IMG/VR virus record: IMGVR_UViG_3300049048_000052
Coordinates: 1 to 64,000 of that record
Reading direction: 5' to 3' (one strand)
Length of the DNA stretch: 64,000 nt
Positions 19,601 through 29,736 of the stretch are shown one piece after another. A program made the translations under genes and the position numbers. The notes under the pieces are model-generated. The model made no database searches and was not told the origin of the DNA. It saw nothing but the letters and a program-made list of their open reading frames with translations. Position 1 is the stretch's first letter. Each line of letters opens with the position of its first letter.

Positions 19601-22600
19601 GTATGAAGCGTGCAGCAGCATTGGCTGGTATAGATTATTCTCAGCAGGCTAGAGCAAAAGATGTTAATACATTAGTTGCTAGTATACAAAGTCTAGCTAA
19701 GGAAGCTGAAGCTATTGCAGTACACAGGAAATTAGATAAGAGTGGATATCGTAGGGCACAGCTGATAGGTTCAGGTGGTACCTCAATCATAGATCAGATG
19801 ATGTCCATGATTACAGAGAAGGGATATGCTGATCTACTCTTAGACGTAGTTAGTCATACTAATGGTATGGACTATTACAGTTCTATGTCTGCTGATATAG
19901 AAAAGGTTAAGAAAATGCTTATGGAGCCTTTTCTTACTTTTGGTCAGCATAATATATATGGTTCCTCTCAGTCTTACTTTAGATTGGGAGTAAGGGGTGT
20001 GTCTAATGCACCTCAATATAGGGATGCTATAAGTATGGCTAGGGAGGGTAATCCTATGGCCGCCTATGCACTACCTTCCTTAGCACTAACTTATGGACCT
20101 ACTACCAATCTAAGGGCTAATGGGCTTATTAGAAGTATTGCTGATAAGTCATCTATTAACTTTGGAGTGGGAGAGGGCCTAAGCTTCTTTAACACTCCTA
20201 CTCAAGTCGTGGGTGATGTAACCAGTGCTGAGATATTATCGTTCCTCTCTGTAGGTAGTCTTGTAAGAAGAGAGGAAATAGAGAACTATATTAAGTCTGT
20301 AGATCCTAAGGCTAATACTCAGGCTCTACTTAGTAAGGCATTTGGGGATAGTCAGGAGATGTTCTCCTTCACCTTTGATACGGTTAAGAAGGTAGCACAG
20401 GTACCTCAGAGACTTAAGAATGCTGTAGGTGCTAGACCCTTATACGATATAAGTGAGAATGCTCAGAGGGTATTAGAAGATCCTATGAGTGGTGAGGCAG
20501 CTACCTTAGGTAGAGATTATGTATGGAAGCTAAGGGAAGAGCTAAAGCTTCACTTCCGTAGACAGATAAATATAGACCTTGTAACTGATGAGGTAACTAG
20601 AGCAGCCCTTGAGAGGGAGATGGAAAACAAGATAGATGCTCTAGTACAACCTGATATGGATATCGGGGCTTACTTTGGTGGTCAGATAAGAAGGATACTG
20701 TCTCAACCTTTAGCTGAACTCGTTAAGAGGGAGAGAGATGAGATAGAACAGCTCTTAGGTACTGAGGTTAATACTAGTACTATAGGATCTGAATTACTTA
20801 GAGTAAGAATGCTAAGGGCTGATATGTATGGCAGCTCTTATAGAGGTGTTATAGGAGGATCTAGAAGGCATGGTGCCCCAGTGGCCCTCGTACAGCTAAC
20901 AGGCGGTTACTCTGATTACTTCTATGCTAACCCCATGTTTGGGGGGTCCCAAGGTATGAGACAAGGTCTCTTAGAGAGAGCAGAGAAGAGAGTCAAGGCT
21001 TCTATGTTATCTACTGATTGGCAGGAGAAGACAGGTGTTCTTATTCAGCCTGGTTATACTATTAGACTAGATAAGAAGACTGGTACTGCATCAGTATTTG
21101 ATGAGAGGGGTAATTGGGTAAGGGCTATAGATAGCAGGGATCAGATGGATGCTATTGAGAAAGTAGTAGAGAATACTGATATTAATGGCTTACCCTCCTT
21201 TGCCAACGTACAGGCTACATCTAGTAACAGATTGGGTGAGGATAGTGTTGAACTAATATTAAGATTCGAACAACAGAGTCCTGCCTCTGTTGATAAATAT
21301 CAGATGAACTTCGAAGCCACCTATGTAAGAAGTATTAAACCTGGGGGTGGTCGAAGGGTTGAAGGTAACTGGGCCGGTGCGCTGGTTAAGGGCGTAGCTG
21401 TCTTTACTAGACATGATAATGAGTACTCCTTCTTTGGTGGAATACTGGATCAATTGAATCAAATGCCTACCACAACGTTTGGTGGTCAGTTGGACATAAG
21501 GAATGTATTCGGTCTACTTAGCCCTGCTAACCTTAAGTCCTTTGTTTATGGACATGGTGCTGAACTGCTAACTGATAACCGTAAGAGAACTGGCTTGCTT
21601 AATGCCTATAATGATGCTGCGGTTACCAGTGGGAGTGCTGAAGCTGAGAGAGTAAGTAAGAGATTAGCAGCTGCTATACTCTTAGGTTTTGGTACCTCTA
21701 TGATAGAGAGTAGTGCCGAGGCCAATGCTATTAAGCAGAATCTATATAGGGCCGCAGCTCAGGGGGAATTGGGTGAGTACTTCCAAGGTGTGGCAGCAGC
21801 TACGGGACTGCTAGAGTTTAAGGATGAACGTGGTCAGGTTATGGATGCGGCTAGTGTATTTACTAGTGAGGCGTCCTTCAAGGTTGCTCAGACACCTCTA
21901 CTAGCTGCCATTACATCTGAGGATATAATGCAGGCCATTAATGGATCTGGGGGTAGACTGTTTGATAAGTTAAGCACTGCTATTACTAATGCAGCTAAGG
22001 AGGCTGAGGGTACTGGCTATATGGTAGCTGGAGACTTCAGACATCAACAAGCAGGCATATTACTTACAGCGTTAGATATATTTGATCAGCTATCCGTACA
22101 GGTTGATAGGAAGAGAGGACGTAACCTTGTTACTCTGCCTACTGACTTTAATGTTAAGAATGCATCTGTTAGAGCTCAGCTAGCGGCTATAGTAGGTATG
22201 GGCCTTAATGATATGGAGGATGAGACTAAGGTAGAGAATATACTGGGTAGTATGCTTAGTAAGGCACCAGTGTTAAGACTATTCATGGATCTATCTTTCT
22301 CTCACTCTAAGGAACCTGTAAGTACTAAGATGACCGGTAAGCTTGAAATGCAGCACCTCATTAAGCCCCTACAGATGTTAGCGGGTGAGTTTGCTGATAA
22401 TAAGAGCTTGGATAAGATGAGGGTCACCATAGCCAACATGTTCGCTGCTATTAGCCACGGCTCTCTGTATCAATATGTAGCCGCAGGGGACTTACCTAGT
22501 AAGAATACAATTGTAGATATAACTGATCCCTTTGTCAGGACTCCAATGTTCAAACAGAGAATGTTGGGTATATATGGCACAGGGCTACATACGGATAAGT

Positions 22601-25600
22601 TCGAGCAGCTTAGGAAGGAGTACGGACAATATACTGAGGAACTACAAGTCCTCATAAGAGATAAGACAGTATCAGCTGATAGACATGAGGTCAAGGTCAT
22701 AATGACTAAGCTGGCTACTGTACAGGGTCAACTTTTAGAGCTGGCTAGATATTACCAACTGTTTGAGGATAAACCTGCCTCGGTTGGTATATCTAATGCA
22801 GTAGTAGGGGCCATGAATAATCCTAGATTTGGATTCTTTGTGCCCTACATGGAACCTATCATGTCTGAACATGGCGTCATCCTTAAGGTAGATAAGACTA
22901 GAGGTTTCTATAGCTTTATGCCATCTGGAGATGACATAAGACTAATGGGGGCCCAGTTTGGTAATTATATAGACCGTATAGTTCAAGCAACTATAGTGCT
23001 GCAATCAGGCTTTGCTCCTGGAGGACCCCTAGATGATATGTTTACTCGCATGTCTAAGATTAGGGGAAGTACCCATATAGCTATGAGTAATGAAGAATGG
23101 CAGCATCTGGATAGATTCTATAAGACAGCCCTTGAGATGCCTGCCCTATTAGCTGATGCTGCCTCAGGTACTAGGTTACAAAGAGCAACTGGTGCTGCCA
23201 TACCCTTTAGAGGTGGAGTGAGTACCCCTGCGGCCTCTGGTTTAGTACCTCCTGAAATGGTGGTGCTTGCTAGTGAGACATTAGCTAAACATGGCCTTAG
23301 AGTATCTGAGACTAAATGGAGAATGTTAGAGGATACTGATGCAGAGATGTCCAGAACTCATAGCACTCTCCAGAGTCTTGCTTATGAGTCTATGTCTCAG
23401 GCCGATAAGAACATAATAGAGAATAAGAGAAAGTTCCTAACAGGTCAGAGATTCGCATTAACTGAGGGTTTATCTGAACAGGGTACCAAGGGTCTACTAG
23501 ATAGGGCCCTAAAGGAAAGCCGTGAGCTAGCAGAAGACTATAGCAATGCGATGACCTTTACTGACCTGAAAGAAAGACAGAGACATCTAGGTAAGGTCTT
23601 TGGTAGGGCCGATCGTATGGCTAGACGTTTCAGCACTACTGTCTATGATCTGAATAAGAGAGGGGACTCCTTCGCTCAGCTGGCCGCCATCAGTGAGATG
23701 GAAATATGGAAGTCGCAGGCTAGAATATCTAGTCTAGAGGCACAGAACCAGGTAACTCCATTATCAAGTAAGGCTGCTGAAATACTAGATGCTGAAAGGA
23801 ATCAGCTCCGTATGTTTAAGGAGCTACCCTTCTATGTAACCAACTTTACCTTGGGTAGTGCTAACTCTGCCAGGAAAACTATGGAGGTTAGCCACCTAGC
23901 ACTTGAGGGTAAGCTAAGAGGTAATATTGTTAGAAGCATAATGTCTGCTGATATTACTAAGGAGATATTCGAGCTGGATGCAGATCACAGGACAGACTTC
24001 CTTGATTATAAGTTAACTACTCTAATAGATCATCTGGAGACTGCTAATGCTAAGAGGGATAATCCTGGTCCTCATGTGAAAGAAAGTGTTAGAGCTATGA
24101 GGAGTAGCCGTCTAGGAGGTGAGGCGGATTATAATAATCGTTTAGCTAGTAGGCTCGTAGATATTAGGGATAGGGTTAGAAGGGGTGGTACTAAGACGGC
24201 TGATGTCCTGGCTGAGATCAATGCTGCTTATGCTATGTATGACGTAAGTGGCGTATCATCTGCTATAGGCTTCCGTTCTCCTCCCTTTGGTTCTACTGAG
24301 CCCCAATTACAGATACTAGATGTCCTAAGGGATATAGCGGTAGTGAATGAGTATGCCCAAGGTATTGATGGGGGTAGTGGTAGATTAATCCAATACAGTG
24401 GGGCTGATGAGAGAAATGCATCATTGACCCTACTAAGTCCTATATCTATCCTAACTATGAACTTGGGTGACTTTGATGGTGACCCTTATACATTCATATT
24501 CTCTGAGCTACAAGGGTTAGAGCATAAGGTGATGGAGAAGAAGGATAATATTAAGATGCTCCAGTTTAGAAGGTCTAAGTGGAGTAAGGAACTATCACGC
24601 TTAGAACCAGATACCTTGGATTACGAAGATCTGAAGACTAGGGTTGATAATACTGAGAAACAGATCCTAAAGAATGAGGAGGAGATACCAAGGATCAGAT
24701 TAAAGATTAAGGAGATGGATGAACATCTACAAAGAGATATTATAGATAAGGGTGTGGCCCATAAACAGGTCGCGGCCTATATGGGTATCAATGCTAAATA
24801 CTTATTAACTGAGAGTCAGGGTGGTTATCTGGCTGACTCTGATAAATTAGATGCTAATGTCTTGTTCACCTTTATTGAACAGGGTAGAGGTTTGTATCCT
24901 GGTATAGATGATAAATATAAGAGTATCGATACACTCTACAAAGCCTTAGATCGACTCATAGAACCTACCTCCATGAGTGGGCCTATGAACCTTAATATGC
25001 ACCTATCTAGTATAGAAGCCCTAAAGAGTAGGGCCGCTGAGCTAGCTCAGGATATGAGTGATAACAGTGGTGGGGTATACGAACGTATTATCAATAACAA
25101 TGAGGTAGCTAGCGCGGTATTTGCGGAGTTACAGAACTTTGTTAATACTTATGAGGATTCAACCTCAGTTGAGATTGAGGACTACAAGTCAGGCTTAGCA
25201 GATCAGACTGTCAGCATGTACTATAAGATGCTTGGCACTAATGAGTTCCAGAAGATGATGAAGAGGGCTGGGGGAACTCAGATGGAGCTCTCCACGTATG
25301 ACATGCTAACAAAGGTCTTGGGTAAGGCGGGTGGTGATATCCTTGGTAAGACCTATAACTCTATAGTAGGTACTCTATTCGCTGATAGTCCTATGTTGGC
25401 AGTGGGTCATGTACTGACTAGGAGTGATGAGGTTAGCTCTGGGGTTGAGCAATATATAGATAATCTTATAAATACAGGTAAGTTAAGCGGAGATGAATGG
25501 TCTACCGGGGCCGACTTTATAGAGAATATAAAGACTAGTATGTCTAATGCAGAGCAGCTACAGGGATTCATGAAAGATATCCAGCAGCTACTCAGAGATA

Positions 25601-27786
25601 GTATTAAGTTAAAGGGTGGTACTAATATTCTTAGTGCTTTGAGAGATAAGGCTCAACAATATGAGGATCCCAACCTAGACGATGCAGGTAGAACAAGGGT
25701 TCTAAATGACATTGTTAAGGATATAGGTCCAGGACCTGGTCTCAAGTCATTAATGAGGCTTGATAGCTTTGTTAATAATATTAATGGTAGTATCTCTGAC
25801 TTTGAGTTAGCAGATGAGTTTGGAGTGTCCAAACTCGGGGATGAGTACGCATATATAACAGGAACTCTACAGGCAGCTGATCTTATTAATGAATCAGACC
25901 CCACTAAGGCTTATAGGACTAATAAAATGGTAGCCGCCTATAAGACTGTTAGAGATATCCAGCATATGGTTACTGCTTTTAACTTCGAGAGAGGTAGCAG
26001 TAGCAAGCAGTTCATGGATAACTTTATAAGGGTAGAGGAGAGAAGGGGCCAAAAGGATGTAATACTAGATAAGTTTAGAAATAGGAGTAATGCTGAGTTT
26101 GGTGAGTATAGTAGAGCATTAGCATCTTACAACGATGATGATCTTACTCCTAAGCCTAATGATAGCTATGATGATAGATTAACTGCTTTTGAGCAGAAGT
26201 ATGGAGAGTCTGGGCTGCTATTGTTCGCACATATGTATGAACAAAGCAAGGCTGGAACTAGAGGAGTCTTTGGAGAGTTCGGTCAGAACTTACTAGCCTT
26301 TGCACATAAGGATAGTATCAGGAAGACTCTAACTAATGTTATGGAAGGAAGATCAGAGACTATAGCAATGCCTGCCACTATGGATCAGGATATATTCACC
26401 TCTGATATAACCTTAACCCTAATGAACCTGGCCTCTACTAATAAGCTGGATCCTTCAGCCGCAGCCTTATTCTATCAGAGTATGGAAGGTCTCCTTAAGG
26501 TAGGGGGTATAGCATCAGATCCTAAAGATGTGTTGATGAATATCCTATCCTCTACCACTAGGAACAATAATGGTAATGAGGCTGCTACTAAAATAAGTGC
26601 TCAGATAGGGGCTCTTAATATGTTAGAACAAGAGGGCAGTGAGTTTAGACTTACCTTTAGTCAAGGTGGGCAGGAACATACTGCTATCTATAGCAGCCTC
26701 TTGGATTATCTACAGCAGTCCCTTACTGAAACAAGGGCAGGTCTAGAGAGTAAGATGATCCAAAGCTTCGTGAAGACTATTATTAATGATGGAGTATCTA
26801 GTGGTAGAAAGCCTAAGAATGCTAGAGAGTTCGCTACCTATATTCTTAAACCTAAGGGTTCGGATTCAGATACTGAGCCTGATGAGGCTATGATTACTAA
26901 GATAGTTGAGAATATAGAATCTATGTCCGAAGTAGATTCTATATTTAAGGAGAATGTTAGTACTAAACCTGTTCTAGAAGGCAAATATGCTGAGGTAGCC
27001 CGTAAGAGTATTAGTCGTATGGCTAGTGAGGATAAAGCCAATACTATGGACCTAATACTACCGGCATTCTTAAGTATTATGGGTCAAGCCATTGCTAGTG
27101 GATCTGTTGAACCTGAGGCTTTTCAAGATGTTGTTGGTTCTACGTTAGTGGCCGCAGCATACAGTAGACCTAACTTTGGTTCTAGGACTGCTACTGGTTT
27201 TATGGCTAATGTAGGTATAGGAAGTGCATTCAAATTCAGGATGGCAATTAATGAGGCGGGTGGGGATCCTGGTGAAGGCATAACCAGACTTATAGCTAGA
27301 GAACTAACCTTTAACGCAATAAGCGCTTGGGCTGCACCTAAGCTCACTAACCTAATGACTCAAAAGCTATTCGGAGCTAGACCTCAAACCCTAGATAGGG
27401 ATTACCATGAGGGTAGTAGGAACGTAGCAGGTATGATGAGTGGTGCAGTACTATCAGCCGCACTAGGAGTACTAGGAGGTAACGTAGCCTCTGGTGTTGT
27501 AGGAATGATGAGCACTGTACCTACTGCTAATCTAGTGGATACTGCGCTTGATTATATAGCAGTTAAAGCCAGAGCTATAGGAGCTCAAACGTTCCTAGAG
27601 GAATCTGATGCTATTAATATATTTAATGAGGAAGATGGAGAGTCTGTAGATGCAATATACTCAGATGAACCTATATCTTTCTATGGATCTAATCCTCAAT
27701 CCTTAGCAGAGGCTGTATATACGGATAACACTATGGATACTATTGTGGTGGAGCCCGTCAATTTGTTTGAGGATTATGATTCTTAG
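16633..27786 (+). CDS. Giant 3717-aa protein: tandem PLD domains plus two-barrel RNA polymerase centre (candidate virion RNAP)
   Basis: H339xK341xxxxD346..GSIN and H654xK656..GSSN PLD motifs; FRSPP about 65 aa before MNLGDFDGDP (D2613-D2617, nt 24469-24483); TTG start with GAGGGG SD. Confidence 0.75.
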   Translation: MFSEEEEKRSSLELLMGRLRGEESSDDALSLAVRHHIYYGGGSDSFMARYNRMADENPSDEPRLFGDLSTLSGEFELDENSLNQSIREVTAYSAFSSFDKDMQNVLGNGANALKRLHGRFYFGSKTQDATFASKNVYDTIYRPFSIDADKEGWTIAPESPLHGMREHVLQTIVDADVNSGRGNFVNIRSELNRMVRGNLSINKKNLALIDKNTDERIAGMIGQKTYVNRPGIAPFLSMIQGADTEIVIDTYQFQNKAISDYLYNWVTRKALAGETPRLTIRLAMPRDKGVDSATSYDILGPNLIQILKFKQLKEQLNNDFPDRDWDDLIKVEVESDVHHSKMYFTDRAAAIGSINLTSPVGYNPNQAGSNYEMMRIFHSVAPQASMGDLRSALTDLKIRHTLGLNKEQLREEFLYRQVKDLREQMENRVRGSSMNFTNRRGQLGMGGDIFEHLEKTVEMLDDPRFIGSRLGDIIAGGTKSDKSRARFANRSGRLELHMILDQVMLLQHADGLFNTMVEGEFGRFSDDQLSRMDSTGARRARYKRVQSKVLRALADNRAFIVADARNLREGVIDPLMFGAYDERTGTNRGPLIAREVWEQHDYDIAKLARKATGSSVDERVLSLSNQFGFSNETSLQVLALASGNIRAAGVPRQHVKAYSLMARLDDRKGAPNLVALSSYMGSSNLGLYSSPMRGIDDLGSSMDSDHLSHEIGLTMMMGQVRSMMDFNTTSEYALSSSQEYVEMQRYFLPNWSLAMSQLGVSAIENKNFMEVRSRSLWEGNVDSKSLVGLRDGIHNMMRSMKIDESVYSIGTVTDGSSQKVIGLELSLDARALAGFGKGFEGLHGESRRISYRFTTLKGAGADPMVYAIDQGKIIGRSLFVNNSDVELPILDRTIQSKSSTVLNSIDNTLAFIATLAAEVTHRALIDKPRKTFESLDGKAQRVAIGDYLARLAGIRGGQLEGLYNTDVLTDEHALKLAEEINKRLLYGNESMKRAAALAGIDYSQQARAKDVNTLVASIQSLAKEAEAIAVHRKLDKSGYRRAQLIGSGGTSIIDQMMSMITEKGYADLLLDVVSHTNGMDYYSSMSADIEKVKKMLMEPFLTFGQHNIYGSSQSYFRLGVRGVSNAPQYRDAISMAREGNPMAAYALPSLALTYGPTTNLRANGLIRSIADKSSINFGVGEGLSFFNTPTQVVGDVTSAEILSFLSVGSLVRREEIENYIKSVDPKANTQALLSKAFGDSQEMFSFTFDTVKKVAQVPQRLKNAVGARPLYDISENAQRVLEDPMSGEAATLGRDYVWKLREELKLHFRRQINIDLVTDEVTRAALEREMENKIDALVQPDMDIGAYFGGQIRRILSQPLAELVKRERDEIEQLLGTEVNTSTIGSELLRVRMLRADMYGSSYRGVIGGSRRHGAPVALVQLTGGYSDYFYANPMFGGSQGMRQGLLERAEKRVKASMLSTDWQEKTGVLIQPGYTIRLDKKTGTASVFDERGNWVRAIDSRDQMDAIEKVVENTDINGLPSFANVQATSSNRLGEDSVELILRFEQQSPASVDKYQMNFEATYVRSIKPGGGRRVEGNWAGALVKGVAVFTRHDNEYSFFGGILDQLNQMPTTTFGGQLDIRNVFGLLSPANLKSFVYGHGAELLTDNRKRTGLLNAYNDAAVTSGSAEAERVSKRLAAAILLGFGTSMIESSAEANAIKQNLYRAAAQGELGEYFQGVAAATGLLEFKDERGQVMDAASVFTSEASFKVAQTPLLAAITSEDIMQAINGSGGRLFDKLSTAITNAAKEAEGTGYMVAGDFRHQQAGILLTALDIFDQLSVQVDRKRGRNLVTLPTDFNVKNASVRAQLAAIVGMGLNDMEDETKVENILGSMLSKAPVLRLFMDLSFSHSKEPVSTKMTGKLEMQHLIKPLQMLAGEFADNKSLDKMRVTIANMFAAISHGSLYQYVAAGDLPSKNTIVDITDPFVRTPMFKQRMLGIYGTGLHTDKFEQLRKEYGQYTEELQVLIRDKTVSADRHEVKVIMTKLATVQGQLLELARYYQLFEDKPASVGISNAVVGAMNNPRFGFFVPYMEPIMSEHGVILKVDKTRGFYSFMPSGDDIRLMGAQFGNYIDRIVQATIVLQSGFAPGGPLDDMFTRMSKIRGSTHIAMSNEEWQHLDRFYKTALEMPALLADAASGTRLQRATGAAIPFRGGVSTPAASGLVPPEMVVLASETLAKHGLRVSETKWRMLEDTDAEMSRTHSTLQSLAYESMSQADKNIIENKRKFLTGQRFALTEGLSEQGTKGLLDRALKESRELAEDYSNAMTFTDLKERQRHLGKVFGRADRMARRFSTTVYDLNKRGDSFAQLAAISEMEIWKSQARISSLEAQNQVTPLSSKAAEILDAERNQLRMFKELPFYVTNFTLGSANSARKTMEVSHLALEGKLRGNIVRSIMSADITKEIFELDADHRTDFLDYKLTTLIDHLETANAKRDNPGPHVKESVRAMRSSRLGGEADYNNRLASRLVDIRDRVRRGGTKTADVLAEINAAYAMYDVSGVSSAIGFRSPPFGSTEPQLQILDVLRDIAVVNEYAQGIDGGSGRLIQYSGADERNASLTLLSPISILTMNLGDFDGDPYTFIFSELQGLEHKVMEKKDNIKMLQFRRSKWSKELSRLEPDTLDYEDLKTRVDNTEKQILKNEEEIPRIRLKIKEMDEHLQRDIIDKGVAHKQVAAYMGINAKYLLTESQGGYLADSDKLDANVLFTFIEQGRGLYPGIDDKYKSIDTLYKALDRLIEPTSMSGPMNLNMHLSSIEALKSRAAELAQDMSDNSGGVYERIINNNEVASAVFAELQNFVNTYEDSTSVEIEDYKSGLADQTVSMYYKMLGTNEFQKMMKRAGGTQMELSTYDMLTKVLGKAGGDILGKTYNSIVGTLFADSPMLAVGHVLTRSDEVSSGVEQYIDNLINTGKLSGDEWSTGADFIENIKTSMSNAEQLQGFMKDIQQLLRDSIKLKGGTNILSALRDKAQQYEDPNLDDAGRTRVLNDIVKDIGPGPGLKSLMRLDSFVNNINGSISDFELADEFGVSKLGDEYAYITGTLQAADLINESDPTKAYRTNKMVAAYKTVRDIQHMVTAFNFERGSSSKQFMDNFIRVEERRGQKDVILDKFRNRSNAEFGEYSRALASYNDDDLTPKPNDSYDDRLTAFEQKYGESGLLLFAHMYEQSKAGTRGVFGEFGQNLLAFAHKDSIRKTLTNVMEGRSETIAMPATMDQDIFTSDITLTLMNLASTNKLDPSAAALFYQSMEGLLKVGGIASDPKDVLMNILSSTTRNNNGNEAATKISAQIGALNMLEQEGSEFRLTFSQGGQEHTAIYSSLLDYLQQSLTETRAGLESKMIQSFVKTIINDGVSSGRKPKNAREFATYILKPKGSDSDTEPDEAMITKIVENIESMSEVDSIFKENVSTKPVLEGKYAEVARKSISRMASEDKANTMDLILPAFLSIMGQAIASGSVEPEAFQDVVGSTLVAAAYSRPNFGSRTATGFMANVGIGSAFKFRMAINEAGGDPGEGITRLIARELTFNAISAWAAPKLTNLMTQKLFGARPQTLDRDYHEGSRNVAGMMSGAVLSAALGVLGGNVASGVVGMMSTVPTANLVDTALDYIAVKARAIGAQTFLEESDAINIFNEEDGESVDAIYSDEPISFYGSNPQSLAEAVYTDNTMDTIVVEPVNLFEDYDS

Positions 27787-28082
27787 AGCTTTAACTTAGT
27801 CAATAAAGTCTTTATCATCTTGAGGGGTACTATATTAAGACTGGCTACTATAGTAGAAGGATAACCCGGTACCGTGTTTGAGCTTAATTCAAGTAGCTTA
27901 CCTTCCTTGTCATATAGAGAGAATCTGCATTCTACTGTACTCCCTATAGTCTCTTGGGGGAGTTCAAAGTCCTTGAACTCTAGAGGCTCGTTTGCCTTAA
28001 CTAATTGTGCAAACAGTATAGTAGGTAAAATGGTAACTTCGTAGATTAGAATGTAATCTTCTAAGGGATTGGGCCTACTCAT
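27783..28082 (-). CDS. Hypothetical protein
   Basis: Overlapping-operon ORF. Confidence 0.55.
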   Translation of the reverse strand: MSRPNPLEDYILIYEVTILPTILFAQLVKANEPLEFKDFELPQETIGSTVECRFSLYDKEGKLLELSSNTVPGYPSTIVASLNIVPLKMIKTLLTKLKL

Positions 28083-28350
28083 ATATTGACTGACTATCCT
28101 TGTATGTAAAAGAGAATGAGGTTATACCTTTCTGTAATAGTATAGAGGATATTATCGAGGCTATGTCCAAAACATCATGCCAGTCCTCATACTCTATGAG
28201 TAGAACAAAGTACTCCTCATAGTTCTCTTTTACCTCTACTGCTATGTAGGTATCTATATTATTTAGTACCTCTTCTAAAGCAATGGGTAGATCACCAGTA
28301 GACTGAATGTCCTCTACTGTGATATAGGCTTTATCAAATAAATTACTCAT
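28075..28350 (-). CDS. Hypothetical acidic protein
   Basis: Overlapping-operon ORF. Confidence 0.55.
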   Translation of the reverse strand: MSNLFDKAYITVEDIQSTGDLPIALEEVLNNIDTYIAVEVKENYEEYFVLLIEYEDWHDVLDIASIISSILLQKGITSFSFTYKDSQSIYE

Positions 28351-28373
28351 TGTGTATTCGTTTGGTTGTTGTG

Positions 28374-28637
28374 TTATTTGGTGTACCCAATCTTCTTTAG
28401 AATGGAACCTATTAATAATTGTAGTACATATAAGTTAGCGGCCCAGTTATAGCCCACGCCTTTCCTAGTTCTACGTATAAGGGATGTGCGAAAGGTTCTA
28501 AGGTGTATAGATTCCTCTAGATAGAAGAGATCTATAAGGAATTGTATTGTCTCCCTAGGGGTCATTCCTAGTTCACTGGATATACTATCTAGTTTGTCCT
28601 TATATGTATCGGTAAGTGAGATTCTTGTTCTATACAT
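28374..28637 (-). CDS. Possible ribbon-helix-helix (CopG-like) DNA-binding protein
   Basis: RTRISLTDTYKDKLDSISSELGMTPRETIQFLI pattern. Confidence 0.5.
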   Translation of the reverse strand: MYRTRISLTDTYKDKLDSISSELGMTPRETIQFLIDLFYLEESIHLRTFRTSLIRRTRKGVGYNWAANLYVLQLLIGSILKKIGYTK

Positions 28638-28639
28638 AT

Positions 28640-29734
28640 TTATGTGAGGGAGAAGTTTTGACCTTCCCTACCATTATAGTTTTCCATGTACTTAGGAGGT
28701 ACTCCTGTATTCCAGAAGTTGGACATGAGACCTGATTGACCTGGAGGTAACCATAGGGCACTCCCTGTTACCGTAGCAGGATGAACTAATATCTCAGGCT
28801 CTTGATCCATTTCTGCAGGTTGCACTACCCTAGAGACTTCCTTACCAAAGAATTCTACCTTTGCATTGGTAGGGGCAGTAGAAGTAGGTCCGGGCCAGGT
28901 GATTTGTAGGTAGGGCTTATGTAGAGTTATTAGGCCACTAACAGGAACCCCATTAGTGTCAGTTGGGGAGGACTTCATTAGTATGGTAAATGGGTGATCA
29001 GATGTCACCTGGGCCGCTACCGCTTTACCGCCAAATACTTGTATGGAATAGGGCACAGGTAAATTACCCCATTGTTTACATGTAATAGTAAGGGTGTCAT
29101 TAGCAGGGTTACGATTGAAACCTCCAGGAGGTGGTGGACCCGGTGGATCAGCCTCTGGTGTAACTACAGTACTTCCTACTTGAAACCCAGGAGGTCTACC
29201 TGTAGTAAGAGGATCAATACCAGGATCCACGGCTGGCATAGCTATAGGGCAACTAGGATTAGTAGAACGTAATCCGCTAACTTGAAGGATATCATAAGGC
29301 CTGTCCCATCTGACCTCCCCTATCTTCTCACCTGTAAATGAGATGGCTAAGTAGAAACGATTACGGCTATACTCCCACTTGCGGAAGTAGTCATGCGTCT
29401 CAGTATTACTAGAGTAGAACTCATGTTCAGTAAACTTAGTCAGCAGTTGGTAATAATTCGTACCAGCATACTCCTCTTCAAACCTACCTAGATCAACTAG
29501 ATCTAAACGATCGTCATCGTTATTGGTAAACTCAAGGGATGAGAATGTACGTGCATAAGGCGTACCGTCCTGTAGGGCTAATTGGCTGGATACTTCCCAG
29601 TCTGACTTTAGCTGTCCTACATGCACATTAAAGGCGGCCCTGGTCATAGTACTGGGACCACTAGAACTAAAGGAAGGCATCCCAGGTAAACTGGGTTCGT
29701 CTACCTGGGGTAAGCTGAATTTATCTAAGGTCAT
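28640..29734 (-). CDS. Probable baseplate-associated protein
   Basis: Follows PAAR gene; Pro-rich linker and beta-rich C-terminus. Confidence 0.4.
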   Translation of the reverse strand: MTLDKFSLPQVDEPSLPGMPSFSSSGPSTMTRAAFNVHVGQLKSDWEVSSQLALQDGTPYARTFSSLEFTNNDDDRLDLVDLGRFEEEYAGTNYYQLLTKFTEHEFYSSNTETHDYFRKWEYSRNRFYLAISFTGEKIGEVRWDRPYDILQVSGLRSTNPSCPIAMPAVDPGIDPLTTGRPPGFQVGSTVVTPEADPPGPPPPGGFNRNPANDTLTITCKQWGNLPVPYSIQVFGGKAVAAQVTSDHPFTILMKSSPTDTNGVPVSGLITLHKPYLQITWPGPTSTAPTNAKVEFFGKEVSRVVQPAEMDQEPEILVHPATVTGSALWLPPGQSGLMSNFWNTGVPPKYMENYNGREGQNFSLT

Positions 29735-29736
29735 GA

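Noticed and set aside
17578-27347. Minus-strand ORFs inside the 3717-aa gene
   Set aside because: Shadow frames of a long, well-supported ORF.
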